Both the position numbers and the translations under genes were made by a program. The notes beneath the pieces were generated by a model. The model was not told the origin of the DNA and searched no databases. It worked only from the letters and a program-made list of their open reading frames with translations. From an uncultured Bacilli bacterium (GTDB lineage Bacteria; Bacillota_I; Bacilli_A; RF39; UBA660): a stretch of DNA of 64,000 bases. Each line of letters opens with the position of its first letter. Position 1 is the first letter of the stretch. Location of the stretch: positions 19,531 to 83,530 of the forward strand of contig CANRCV010000001.1 in the NCBI GenBank assembly GCA_947629205.1, read 5' to 3'. Below are positions 42,672 to 52,734 of the stretch, piece by piece.

Positions 42672-43377
42672 AGAAGAGTTTTATGAAGCCTTAAAGAATC
42701 TAAATATAGAATTAACAAATGATGAAAAAGAACAACTGGAAATTTATAAGGATTTCTTAAAAGAATACAATACCCATACCAATCTAACGGCCATTAAAGA
42801 AGATAATGGAATATATTTAAAACATTTTTATGATTCTTTAACAATCAATTCTTACATCAAAGAAGGTTTAAAAGTATTAGATATTGGAACCGGAGCAGGT
42901 TTTCCAGGTATGGTTCTTGCCATAGTAAATCCTAATACTTCTTTTACTTTATTAGATTCTAATAACAAAAAAACAACTTTTTTAAATCAATTAAAAGAAA
43001 AACTTGATTTAAAAAATGTTGAGGTTGTAAATGCACGAGCAGAGGAATATGTAAGAGAAAATAGGGAATTGTTTGATCTTGTGACCTCTCGTGCTGTAGC
43101 AAAACTTTCCATTTTAGCAGAACTATCCCTACCAGCTTTAAAAATAGAAGGCTTATTTATTCCTTTAAAAGCAAATATTGATCATGAAATAGAAGAATTA
43201 AATATTGCTTTATCTGTTTTAAATGGAAAGATAGAAAAAAAAGAAGAATTTAGTTTACCTATTGAAAATAGTAAGCGAACAATTCTACAAATAAAACATT
43301 TTGCTAAAACGGAAACTATTTTTCCAAGAAGTTATGATAAAATTTTGAAAAAGCCATTGAAAAATTATAATAAATAA
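42655..43377 (+). CDS. rsmG: 16S rRNA (guanine527-N7)-methyltransferase RsmG (GidB)
   Basis: SAM-binding motif DIGTGAGFPG. Position after mnmG. Confidence 0.9.
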   Translation: MVKMTKEEFYEALKNLNIELTNDEKEQLEIYKDFLKEYNTHTNLTAIKEDNGIYLKHFYDSLTINSYIKEGLKVLDIGTGAGFPGMVLAIVNPNTSFTLLDSNNKKTTFLNQLKEKLDLKNVEVVNARAEEYVRENRELFDLVTSRAVAKLSILAELSLPALKIEGLFIPLKANIDHEIEELNIALSVLNGKIEKKEEFSLPIENSKRTILQIKHFAKTETIFPRSYDKILKKPLKNYNK

Positions 43378-43412
43378 GGTATATTAATAATAGGCTAAAG
43401 GGGCTGATTAGG

Positions 43413-45071
43413 ATGAATATCGACAAAAATATTCTAGAAATACCAATTGAGGACATTATTCCCAATCGTTTTCAACCAAGACTTTCATTTAACGAAGAAG
43501 GAATTACAGAACTAGCAGAGTCTATAAAACAACATGGGATTATTCAACCCCTTGTCGTAAGAAAACTTGGAGATAAGTATGAAATTATAGCTGGAGAAAG
43601 AAGATATAAAGCCGCTACAATGGCTGGTTTAACAAAAGTTCCAGTTATTATTTCTAATATAGATGATAATAAAAGTGCAGAGGTGGCTCTAGTGGAAAAT
43701 ATACAAAGAAGAAATTTAACAGCAATTGAAGAAGCAAAATCATATAAAAATCTGTTAGATAGAGGATATTTAACACAAGAACAACTTGCAAATAAAATGG
43801 GTGTATCTCAAAGTTCTATTGCCAATAAGCTACGTTTATTAAACTTAGATGAAGAGGTACAAGAAGCTTTATTAAATGAAAAAATAAGTGAAAGACATGC
43901 GAGAGCATTACTTGCACTTGAAGATAAAGAAGAACAAAAGAAATGGTTAAAAAGAATTATTGATGAAAGATTAACAGTAAGACAATTAGATTTAGAACTT
44001 AAAAAATTACAAGAAAATGGAGATTCTGCTGATAGTGATGAAATTAAATTAGTCAATATTAATCCTAATTTAGATGAAATCGTATCCAATGCAGAAGATA
44101 TTGTTGTACAAAGAGCACCACATGATGTTGCGAGTATGTTAATTCCAGAGGTACAAGAAGAACCAAAAGAAGAAATAAAAGAAGAACAAGAAACAAAACC
44201 TTCTAATAAATTCTTTAATTTTTTAGAAAATGAAGAAGCAAACATGAGTGTCATTGAACCAGATGAAATTTTAGATACATTTACAACTACTTCTGTAATG
44301 GAAAATCCTATAGAATCTACTGTAGAAGAACAACCAAAAGAACCAGTTTTAAATAATGATTCTCCTACTATAAATGAAGAGGTAACACCAATAGAAAATC
44401 CGTTTACAGATACACCAATGATAAATACCCCACAAGAAGAAAATAAAGTAGATTCAGTTGAATTATTAGATGAATTAGATGATGAAGAAGATTTACAACC
44501 AATGAAACCAGAATTAAATTCATTTATTACAGAAGATATTGTAAATGAAATTGCTAATGAACCAGATGAAGAAGCAAATGATTCTGCTATGGCAAATATC
44601 TTTGAAACTCCATCTACTGAACCAATTAATAATGAAAATACAATTGTAGAAGAAACACCAAGTATAGATTCTGTTCCTGTAATAGAACCTACACCTATAG
44701 AAGAACCAGTAAATACTCAACAAGAAGAAACTAAAACAAATGAAGAAGAACCATTTAAATCTATTTTCTTTAATCATGAAGAAGAAAAACCAGAAGAAGT
44801 AGTTTCTCCTATTGAAGATAATAAAATAGAAGAAATAGAACCAACAGTAGAAGAAAATATTGTTGATCCATTAGATAGTATTGTAACTTTAGAACCTAAT
44901 TATCAACAAAAACAAGAAGAATTAGCAGGAAGAGATTTAAAAACAGCTATTAATACTGTTCGTAATACCATTAAAGAGTTAGAAAATAAAGGCTTTCTAA
45001 TTGAAACCGAAGAGGCTGATTTAGAAGATGTTTATCATATAACCATAAAAATTGATAAAGATAATAAATAA
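43413..45071 (+). CDS. noc: ParB-family protein in the Noc position (after rsmG), carrying an unusually long (~300 aa) acidic/Pro-rich low-complexity insertion before a conserved C-terminal segment
   Basis: ParB N-terminal box (...RFQPR...IIQPLVV...IIAGERR) plus an HTH. Residues about 250-510 are E/P/T/N-rich. 552 aa against ~280 aa for typical Noc. Confidence 0.7.
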   Translation: MNIDKNILEIPIEDIIPNRFQPRLSFNEEGITELAESIKQHGIIQPLVVRKLGDKYEIIAGERRYKAATMAGLTKVPVIISNIDDNKSAEVALVENIQRRNLTAIEEAKSYKNLLDRGYLTQEQLANKMGVSQSSIANKLRLLNLDEEVQEALLNEKISERHARALLALEDKEEQKKWLKRIIDERLTVRQLDLELKKLQENGDSADSDEIKLVNINPNLDEIVSNAEDIVVQRAPHDVASMLIPEVQEEPKEEIKEEQETKPSNKFFNFLENEEANMSVIEPDEILDTFTTTSVMENPIESTVEEQPKEPVLNNDSPTINEEVTPIENPFTDTPMINTPQEENKVDSVELLDELDDEEDLQPMKPELNSFITEDIVNEIANEPDEEANDSAMANIFETPSTEPINNENTIVEETPSIDSVPVIEPTPIEEPVNTQQEETKTNEEEPFKSIFFNHEEEKPEEVVSPIEDNKIEEIEPTVEENIVDPLDSIVTLEPNYQQKQEELAGRDLKTAINTVRNTIKELENKGFLIETEEADLEDVYHITIKIDKDNK

Positions 45072-45097
45072 AGTGCTAAAAAAAACTAGCACTTTTT
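45072..45097. terminator. bidirectional terminator hairpin AGTGCTA-A8-TAGCACT followed by a T-run, between the noc-like gene and the RHH gene
   Basis: Read from the sequence. It overlaps the RHH stop codon. Confidence 0.5.
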
Positions 45098-45283
45098 ATT
45101 TTTATCCTCTTTTTCTTCCTCTTCTAATTCATTTAATACATATTCACAAGCTTGAATTACAAATCTTGAAAAATTAGATTCAGTTCCTTCTAAATATTTT
45201 TCAATTTTTTCAATTAATGGTAAAGGAAACCTAATTGTTTTTGTTTCACTTTCTTTTCTATCTATGTTTAATTTAAAAGCCAT
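45086..45283 (-). CDS. small ribbon-helix-helix (Arc/CopG-like) DNA-binding protein with an acidic tail, divergent from paralog 3
   Basis: N-terminal beta-strand KTIRFPLPL, then helices IEKIEKYL and NFSRFVIQACEYVL. RBS GGTGA. Confidence 0.5.
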   Translation of the reverse strand: MAFKLNIDRKESETKTIRFPLPLIEKIEKYLEGTESNFSRFVIQACEYVLNELEEEEKEDKNKKC

Positions 45284-45330
45284 ATTTTCACCACTTTCTT
45301 ATTACAATAAATTTTATAATAAAAATGCAA

Positions 45331-45346
45331 TGCAATATGTATTGCA
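45331..45346. promoter_or_regulatory. 16-bp perfect inverted repeat TGCAATA-TG-TATTGCA in the divergent RHH/paralog-3 promoter region (candidate operator)
   Basis: Read from the sequence. A further TGCAA half-site lies 2 bp upstream. Confidence 0.5.
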
Positions 45347-45387
45347 AAATGTAATACAAAAATGGTAAAATCAAAATAGGTGAGAAT

Positions 45388-47268
45388 ATGGAAAAAAGTA
45401 AAACAAAATATTTGATTATAGTAGGAATACTTATTATGATGTTAATTGCTATAGGTTCGGGTTATGCCTGGTGGACGTCTACTGCAGAACAAAGTGGAAT
45501 TAATCAAATTCAAAGTGATTGTTTAAAAATATCTTATACAGATGATAACCCTATAAAATTAGATACAACGTATCCTTTAACAGATAAAGAAGGAGAAGCA
45601 TTAACTCCTTATACATTTACTATACAAAATACTTGTTCTAACGCTATAGATTATACTATAAATTTAGGTATAAGTGATACTAATACTTTAAATGATGAAT
45701 ATGTTGCAGTCAAGTTAAATGATAATACGAAAAGAATATTAGATAGTTTAAAACAAACAAAAATTAAAAACTACAATAAATCTTATGAACTAGCAACAGG
45801 AATACTAAATGGAAGTGAATCAAAAGAATTTAGTTTAAGACTATGGATGGATGAACATGTAACATTAAGTGATGATGCAATAAATAAAACATTCTCAAGT
45901 AAAGTAGTAGTAGAAGCAACCTTAAATACATTAGCAAAAGTATATACAGATGATGAATTAAATGGAGCAGATCCAGTATTAAAAGATAATTTAATACCAG
46001 TAAAAATAAATGAAACAGATGGAACAGTAACTAAAGCAAATATAGAAGAAGAATGGTACAACTATAAAAATAAAGAATGGGCAAATGCCGTTATATTAAA
46101 AGATAATGGAACTATAGAAGAAGATGGAACTATCAAAGAAGAGAGTATAGAAAGTTATTTTGTATGGATACCAAAGTATAAATACAAAATCTTTAATATG
46201 GGAGAATATAATGGATTAAGTGAAGGAGCATATGAAGAAAAATCTCAAGAAATAGAAATTGAATTTGGAATCTATGATACAGTAAATAACACAATTGAGT
46301 GTACAACACCACCAAGTGGAGAAAATGGATCATGTGCAGTAGATAAATGGATGACACCATCAGCATTTACAAGTTTTGCTACAAATGGATTCTGGGTAGG
46401 TAAATTTGAAACTGGATATGATGGAGCAACTAATGATACTTTTGCTACAGGTACTACATGTAAGAATGAGGTTAATGTAACTAATGTTTCAAAAATTATA
46501 ATTAAACCAAATTCTTATTCATGGAGATGTATTAATATGGCAAATATGTATAAAAATTCATACAATTATCAAAGAGACTTAGATAGTCATATGATGAAGA
46601 ATACAGAGTGGGGAGCAGTTGCCTATCTATCACATTCCAAATATGGAACATGTGATAGTGGTAAATGTACAGAGATTAGATTGAATAACAATACAAATTA
46701 TATTACTGGATATGCAGCAGTTAATCAACCAGTAGGTGGACTAGATGTTTATAAAGAATATATAGGTACCACGCCTGGTATAGATAACGATAAAACTTAT
46801 AACTATAAAAATAAAAAAAGTACAATAGCAAGCACAACTGGAAATTATAGTGGAATTTATGACTTATCAGGAGATTGTTGGGAAATCGTAATGGGGGTTA
46901 CAACTAGTGCCACTAGTGCAAAAGATGCAACTTTAGAAAATATACAATTAGGAACATCAGGATTAACTAAAGATGATATAAAAGATAGAAAATATGTAGA
47001 TTTATATACAAGTGGTACATACTTACAATATAATAGAAGAATACTTGGTGATGCAACAGGAGAGATGGGAACGTTTAGATTATCACCTGAAAAGAGTGGT
47101 AGGATACGAGGATCTTGGTATAATGATCTAGGATCACAAATTGTTTCAAACAGCTCTTTTATTCGAGGTGGATCGTTTGGGCAAGGTGTGGAAGGTGGAT
47201 CTTTTGAGTTTTCTATGGGTGTTTATATTAGAAATGATTTTTCTTTCCGTATAGTCTTAACACCATAA
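45388..47268 (+). CDS. exported TasA-like/FGE-like two-domain protein, paralog 3 (626 aa)
   Basis: Signal peptide followed by GSGYAWWTSTAEQSGINQIQSDC. C-terminal motifs EWGAVAYLSHSKYG, GIYDLSGDCWEIV, FIRGGSFGQG and FSFRIVLTP give the closest FGE-like match of the three paralogs. Confidence 0.65.
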   Translation: MEKSKTKYLIIVGILIMMLIAIGSGYAWWTSTAEQSGINQIQSDCLKISYTDDNPIKLDTTYPLTDKEGEALTPYTFTIQNTCSNAIDYTINLGISDTNTLNDEYVAVKLNDNTKRILDSLKQTKIKNYNKSYELATGILNGSESKEFSLRLWMDEHVTLSDDAINKTFSSKVVVEATLNTLAKVYTDDELNGADPVLKDNLIPVKINETDGTVTKANIEEEWYNYKNKEWANAVILKDNGTIEEDGTIKEESIESYFVWIPKYKYKIFNMGEYNGLSEGAYEEKSQEIEIEFGIYDTVNNTIECTTPPSGENGSCAVDKWMTPSAFTSFATNGFWVGKFETGYDGATNDTFATGTTCKNEVNVTNVSKIIIKPNSYSWRCINMANMYKNSYNYQRDLDSHMMKNTEWGAVAYLSHSKYGTCDSGKCTEIRLNNNTNYITGYAAVNQPVGGLDVYKEYIGTTPGIDNDKTYNYKNKKSTIASTTGNYSGIYDLSGDCWEIVMGVTTSATSAKDATLENIQLGTSGLTKDDIKDRKYVDLYTSGTYLQYNRRILGDATGEMGTFRLSPEKSGRIRGSWYNDLGSQIVSNSSFIRGGSFGQGVEGGSFEFSMGVYIRNDFSFRIVLTP

Positions 47269-47284
47269 TGAACAAAAATGCAAA

Positions 47285-47328
47285 AAATGTCAATTTTGTA
47301 TTCTGTGGAATACAAAATTGACATTTTC
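47285..47328 (+). terminator. 20-bp perfect-stem hairpin AAAATGTCAATTTTGTATTC-TGTG-GAATACAAAATTGACATTTT followed by a T-rich tract
   Basis: Read from the sequence. The stem is unusually long for a terminator. Confidence 0.55.
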
Positions 47329-47368
47329 TTTTCATTGTGCTACCATTTTAAATAGTGAGGGGATACAA

Positions 47369-48577
47369 ATGATTATTCGTGAAAACTATTTAAAAAAAAT
47401 AAGACCATTTTATGATGTTGATTTAATTAAAGTTATAACGGGAATTAGAAGATGTGGAAAAACAATTACTTTTTTACAAATTATGGATGAAATAAAAGAA
47501 AAAGGTGTTCCAGAAGAAAATATTATTTATATAAACTTTGAATTAAAAAAATATTCTTTTATTAAAAATGATGATGATTTATATCAATACATAAAAGAGA
47601 ATATGAAAAATAAAAAGAAATATTATTTATTTTTGGATGAAATTCAAAATGTTTTAAAATGGGAATTAACAATTAATTCACTTAAAGCCGAATATAATGA
47701 CAAAATATCTATTTTTATAACGGGTTCCAATAGTGATTTATTATCTAGTGAACTTGCTACCCATATTGCTGGGAGATATGTAAGTTTTCAAATACATCCT
47801 TTTACTTTTGAAGAGGTATGTGAATTTAAAAAAATCAAAAATAAAAATAAATATGAATTAGAAAGTGAATTTGAAAATTATTTATTATGGGGTGGAATGC
47901 CACAAAGACTTATATTTAAAGAAAAAGAGGAAATAAATGCTTATTTTATAGATGTACTTAATTCTATTATAAAAGATGTTGTTGAAAGATTTAAAATAAA
48001 AGATATTGATTTATTTAATCGTATTTTAGAATATATTATTACAACACCTTCTCAAATTTTTTCTGTAGAAAGTATTCAAAAGTATTTTGAATCAGAAAAT
48101 AGAAAAGTAACCAAAAATACAATATATAATTATTTAGATTATTTATGTAAAACTTTTTTAATTCAAAAAGTAGAACGTTATGATGTACGTGGTAAAAAAA
48201 TATTGCAAGGAAAATTTAAGTATTATTTAACGGATTTAGGATTAGGTCAAATAATGAATGCTTCTAAAAGAGTTCAATTAGGAGCTTATTTAGAAAATGT
48301 TGTTTATAATGAATTAATTTATCGTGGATATGATGTTAAAATTGGAACGCTTCCTAAAGGCGAAATTGACTTTATTGCTGAAAAAGATGGAGCAAAAGAA
48401 TATTATCAAGTTTGTCTTTATGTGGGTGATGATGAAAAAATAATTGATCGAGAATTTAATACATATAAAAATATTAAAGATAATTATCCTAAATATGTAA
48501 TTTCAATGGATAAATTTGATTTATCAAGTGAAGGAATTATCCATAAGAATATAATTGATTGGCTATTAAACAAGTAA
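47369..48577 (+). CDS. AAA+ ATPase with C-terminal DUF4143, paralog 2 (~60% identical to the copy at 39587-40792)
   Basis: Walker A GIRRCGKT. Collinear with the other copy throughout. Start trimmed to ATG 47369 (RBS GTGAGGGG). Confidence 0.75.
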   Translation: MIIRENYLKKIRPFYDVDLIKVITGIRRCGKTITFLQIMDEIKEKGVPEENIIYINFELKKYSFIKNDDDLYQYIKENMKNKKKYYLFLDEIQNVLKWELTINSLKAEYNDKISIFITGSNSDLLSSELATHIAGRYVSFQIHPFTFEEVCEFKKIKNKNKYELESEFENYLLWGGMPQRLIFKEKEEINAYFIDVLNSIIKDVVERFKIKDIDLFNRILEYIITTPSQIFSVESIQKYFESENRKVTKNTIYNYLDYLCKTFLIQKVERYDVRGKKILQGKFKYYLTDLGLGQIMNASKRVQLGAYLENVVYNELIYRGYDVKIGTLPKGEIDFIAEKDGAKEYYQVCLYVGDDEKIIDREFNTYKNIKDNYPKYVISMDKFDLSSEGIIHKNIIDWLLNK

Positions 48578-48616
48578 CAATAAAAGAAAACATTTTACTT
48601 TGTTTTCTTTTTTAAA

Positions 48617-50551
48617 TTATTCTTCTTTAACATCTACAGTAATTGTGTTTCCTTCACTTCCTCTTACATAGTAAAAAAGACTTGCTTTTCCATTGGTAGC
48701 TGGTTTCCCTGTTACTGGATCTTGTAATATACCAATAACATTAGCAGGAGTTTCATACCAATGTTCTTCTTTTCCCATTAAATAATCTTCTATTGTTTCA
48801 ACCCATATATTTTTAGCCCATTTAGAGGCATTATCATTAATTTCAGTAGCATCATCATAACCAAGCCATATCATAAGTAATGCATCTTTATTATAACCAA
48901 CTGTCCAATAATCGGTTTTAGTTGTTCCTGTTTTTAAAGCATATTTTCGACTCATTTTACTGGCAATAGAAAGAGCAGTTGGGGAGGTATAACTTTGAAA
49001 GTTTTTATTACTGGTATTTGCTAGCATTTCATTTAATATATAAACATAGTTATAATTTAAAACCATTTTCTTTTTATTTTTATGTTGGTATAAAACATGA
49101 CCATTTAAATCTTCTACTTTTTCTATTAAGTAATTATCTGTTAAATATCCACCATTTGCTAAAGTAGTATATCCATTTGCAAATCCTAGCATAGACATTT
49201 CACTCGTTCCTAAAGCAAGAGATGGATTTGCAATTAATTCTTCTTTTATTCCCATTTTTTCTGCTGTATCTACTAAAGTTTCTTCTCCTAAAAAAAGATG
49301 TGTTTTCACAGCATAGATGTTATCGGAGTAAGCAATAGCTGCTGCCATGGTAATATTTTTATTTGCATAAATATCATTAAAATTAGAAGGATGATAAACT
49401 TGATTATTGGAAAATACAAAGTTTGTAGGTTCACTTACAAAAGTAGAAGAAGAGGTAAGTCCATTTTCTAAAGCGGCATAGTAAAGAAATGGTTTCATTG
49501 TTGAACCTACTTGTCTTTTGGCTTGTAAGGCTCGATTAAATTGACTTTCTTGATAGTTCATTCCTCCTGTTAAAGCTTTTATAGCTCCTGTTTCGGGATC
49601 AATTAAAATACTAGCTACTTGTAATTTTTCATCTTTTACAGTATCCAAAATTTCTTTTTCTAGTTTTGTTTGCGCATTCATATCTAAAGTAGTATATATT
49701 TTTAAACTACCTGCATCTAGTAGAGAGGTAGGTATATTATCTAACGTATCTAATTCTTTTAAAACGGCATCTTGAAAGTACATAAGCATTTGTAAGTTAT
49801 TGGTCTCTCTTTTACCATATATTTCTATTTTTTCTTCAAATAAGTGATTGTAAGTTTCTTCATCAATTACTTTATTATGAAGCATCGCTTGAGCAACAAT
49901 TTTGGCTCTTTCAATACATGCATCATAATGATTTACTGGATTATAATTAGATGGATTTTTAGGAATACCTGCAAGCATTAAAGACTCTTCTAATGTTAAA
50001 TCTTTTGCTTGTTTATGAAAATAGTATTGACTTGCATTTTCTATACCATAATTTCCTGCTCCAAAATTAATCGTATTTAAATATCCTTCTAGTATTTCCT
50101 CTTTACTATAATGAACCTCTAATTCTAAAGTTAAAAAAGCTTCTTCTAATTTTCTTTTCCATGTTTGATTAAAATCTAAATACATATTTTTAATATATTG
50201 TTGACTTATAGTAGATGCTCCTTGAACAATACTTTTATTTTTTATATTCAAAGCCATAGCTTTTATAATTCTTAAATAATCAAATCCTTGATGTTTATAA
50301 AAATTTTTATCTTCTACATTAATAACAGCATCTTTTAAATAAGGAGAAATATTTTCTAAATTTACCCATTCACTTGCTCCACTTCCTTGATAGACTAAAT
50401 TATTTTCATTATCATATATATACATTTGTCCAACACTTGTTAATTCTAATTTAGGACTTAAAAAGGCATATGTATATAAACCAGCCATAACAATAATAAA
50501 AGAAAGAAAGGAAAAGATAAGTATTTTTAGTAGAAACTTAAATTTATGCAT
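48617..50551 (-). CDS. class A penicillin-binding protein (glycosyltransferase GT51 plus transpeptidase)
   Basis: N-terminal TM. GT51 motifs (...EDKNFYKHQGFD..., ...QGASTISQQ...). Transpeptidase SxxK (STMKP). Confidence 0.85.
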   Translation of the reverse strand: MHKFKFLLKILIFSFLSFIIVMAGLYTYAFLSPKLELTSVGQMYIYDNENNLVYQGSGASEWVNLENISPYLKDAVINVEDKNFYKHQGFDYLRIIKAMALNIKNKSIVQGASTISQQYIKNMYLDFNQTWKRKLEEAFLTLELEVHYSKEEILEGYLNTINFGAGNYGIENASQYYFHKQAKDLTLEESLMLAGIPKNPSNYNPVNHYDACIERAKIVAQAMLHNKVIDEETYNHLFEEKIEIYGKRETNNLQMLMYFQDAVLKELDTLDNIPTSLLDAGSLKIYTTLDMNAQTKLEKEILDTVKDEKLQVASILIDPETGAIKALTGGMNYQESQFNRALQAKRQVGSTMKPFLYYAALENGLTSSSTFVSEPTNFVFSNNQVYHPSNFNDIYANKNITMAAAIAYSDNIYAVKTHLFLGEETLVDTAEKMGIKEELIANPSLALGTSEMSMLGFANGYTTLANGGYLTDNYLIEKVEDLNGHVLYQHKNKKKMVLNYNYVYILNEMLANTSNKNFQSYTSPTALSIASKMSRKYALKTGTTKTDYWTVGYNKDALLMIWLGYDDATEINDNASKWAKNIWVETIEDYLMGKEEHWYETPANVIGILQDPVTGKPATNGKASLFYYVRGSEGNTITVDVKEE

Positions 50552-50691
50552 TGTGATTCACCATTTTTAGTATGTAAAAAAGGATAAAATTTATGTAAAA
50601 AGCAAGTCGGTAGTAAAAATAAAAAATAGGGGGTGCATTTTTAATGACCTTATGTTATAATGACCTAGAAAAAAAGAGGTGGCTTTTGAAA

Positions 50692-51045
50692 ATGGAAAAA
50701 TACCTATGTACTCTTTACAAAAGCAATCAACAAATTTATAATGATACAATTGAAAATAAAAGTAAGAAAGAAAATGAATTTTATTTTTCTCTTTTGGATT
50801 ATGAAACAACAATTGATTTAGAAAAGCAAACTTTTTTAAGAGAGAATGAAGAATTTTGTTTCTTTTTGGATATACAGAATAAAAAATGTCAAGTTTATTT
50901 AAAAAAAGAAGATTTAACCGTAGATGTTTTAGTAGAGGAATGCCAATTTATTCATGAAAAGGATAAAATCGTGTTAGAATACTTTATTGAAAGTGATACA
51001 GAAAGAATAAAACTTGTACTAGAAAAGAGGATGAAAAATGAATAA
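50692..51045 (+). CDS. DUF1934 (YwiB-like) protein upstream of argS
   Basis: ~118 aa from ATG 50692 (RBS AGAGGTGG). The conserved ywiB-argS adjacency in Firmicutes supports the call, which rests on context more than on motifs. Confidence 0.4.
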   Translation: MEKYLCTLYKSNQQIYNDTIENKSKKENEFYFSLLDYETTIDLEKQTFLRENEEFCFFLDIQNKKCQVYLKKEDLTVDVLVEECQFIHEKDKIVLEYFIESDTERIKLVLEKRMKNE

Positions 51046-52723
51046 GGAATTAAAAGAAATTATCAAGGAAAAGTTTCAAGTAGAAGATGCTGCTGAACTT
51101 TTAATTTCTAATCGACCAGATCTATGTGATTATCAATATAATAGTTTATTTACTCTTGCTAAAAACTTACATCAAAATCCTTATGATTTAGGACTTACTT
51201 TAGTAGAAGAATTACAAAAAAATACCGAATGCCAAAAAAAGTTTTTAAAAATAGAGTGTGTAAAACCAGGATTTATTAACTTTACTTTAAAAGATGAATA
51301 TATCAATACTCTTTTAAATGATATGTTGGTTCATGATAAATTTAATATCCTTTTACCAGAAAAGCAAACCATCGTACTAGATTATGGAGGAGCTAATGTT
51401 GCGAAACCCTTACATGTTGGGCATTTAAGACCAGCGATTGTAGGAGAATCCATTAAAAGACTTTTAAAGTATATGAATCAATCCGTTATTGCGGATGTCC
51501 ATTTAGGAGACTATGGTTTGCAAATAGGACAAGTGATTTATGGATTACTAAAAGAAGGAATGACTCCAAATGAAATAACTTTAGAAAAACTAGGAGAAAT
51601 CTATCCTAAAATTAGTAAACTTTGTAAAGAAGAGGAAAGTGTAAAAGAAATTTGTGCTACTATTACGAAAGATTTACAAGACAATGATGAACAATACCAA
51701 GAATACTTTAAAAAAATTCTAGAAATATCAAAAGCAGATATTAAAAAAATGTATGATTATTTAGGAGTTCGTTTTGATTTATGGTTAGGAGAATCAAATG
51801 CTTATAAAGAAATTCCTTATGTAACAGAAGAATTAACAAACTTGCATTTACTAAAAGAAAGTGAAGGAGCAATGGTTATAGATGTAAAAGAAGAAAGTGA
51901 TACCATTGATATTCCTCCTTGTATTTATCAAAAGAGTAATAAAGCTTACCTTTATGGAACCACAGATTTAGGAACCATTTGGCAAAGACAAAGAGATATA
52001 AAACCTGATAAAATACTCTATGTTGCTGATAGTCGTCAAAAACTACATTTTACACAAGTTTTTCGTGTTGCTAAAAAGTTAACTACAACGAAAGATATTG
52101 ATTTTGAATTTTTAGGTTTAGGAACGATTAATGGTAGTGATAATAAACCTTTAAAAACAAGAGATGGAAATACTCCTAAATTAGAAGATTTATTAGAAGA
52201 AACCAAAACGATTTTCTTAAATAATGAAGAACATAATACGAATTATACAGAAAGTGATTTAGATAAAATTGTAAATTCTATTATTAAGTTTGCTGATTTA
52301 CAAAATAATCGTGAAAAAGAATATATTTTTGATATTCAAAAATTCTCCAAAACTACTGGAAAAACAGGGCCTTACATCCTTTATACGTATTTAAGAACAA
52401 AAAAAATTGTAAAAAATAACGAAACATCTATAGACAAGTTATCAAAAACAATATATAATGTTCACGACCGAGAGTTAAGATTAAAATTATTAGAATTAAA
52501 TGAAATCTTAAATTATGCCTTTAAAACAAGGATGCCATCGGTTATTGCAAATTATTTATATGAAATATGTGTTTTAGTGAATGCATTTTATGAAAATAAT
52601 CATATTAATAATTTAGAAAGTATAGAAAAGAAAAAAGATTGGGTAACATTACTAAATTTAACGACAGAAATCATTTATGATTTATTAGATATTTTAGTAA
52701 TAGAAATTCCAACCATTATGTAG
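51038..52723 (+). CDS. argS: arginyl-tRNA synthetase
   Basis: HIGH-type motif ...PLHVGHLR... 561 aa. Confidence 0.9.
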   Translation: MNKELKEIIKEKFQVEDAAELLISNRPDLCDYQYNSLFTLAKNLHQNPYDLGLTLVEELQKNTECQKKFLKIECVKPGFINFTLKDEYINTLLNDMLVHDKFNILLPEKQTIVLDYGGANVAKPLHVGHLRPAIVGESIKRLLKYMNQSVIADVHLGDYGLQIGQVIYGLLKEGMTPNEITLEKLGEIYPKISKLCKEEESVKEICATITKDLQDNDEQYQEYFKKILEISKADIKKMYDYLGVRFDLWLGESNAYKEIPYVTEELTNLHLLKESEGAMVIDVKEESDTIDIPPCIYQKSNKAYLYGTTDLGTIWQRQRDIKPDKILYVADSRQKLHFTQVFRVAKKLTTTKDIDFEFLGLGTINGSDNKPLKTRDGNTPKLEDLLEETKTIFLNNEEHNTNYTESDLDKIVNSIIKFADLQNNREKEYIFDIQKFSKTTGKTGPYILYTYLRTKKIVKNNETSIDKLSKTIYNVHDRELRLKLLELNEILNYAFKTRMPSVIANYLYEICVLVNAFYENNHINNLESIEKKKDWVTLLNLTTEIIYDLLDILVIEIPTIM

Positions 52724-52734
52724 GAGGATAAGAA

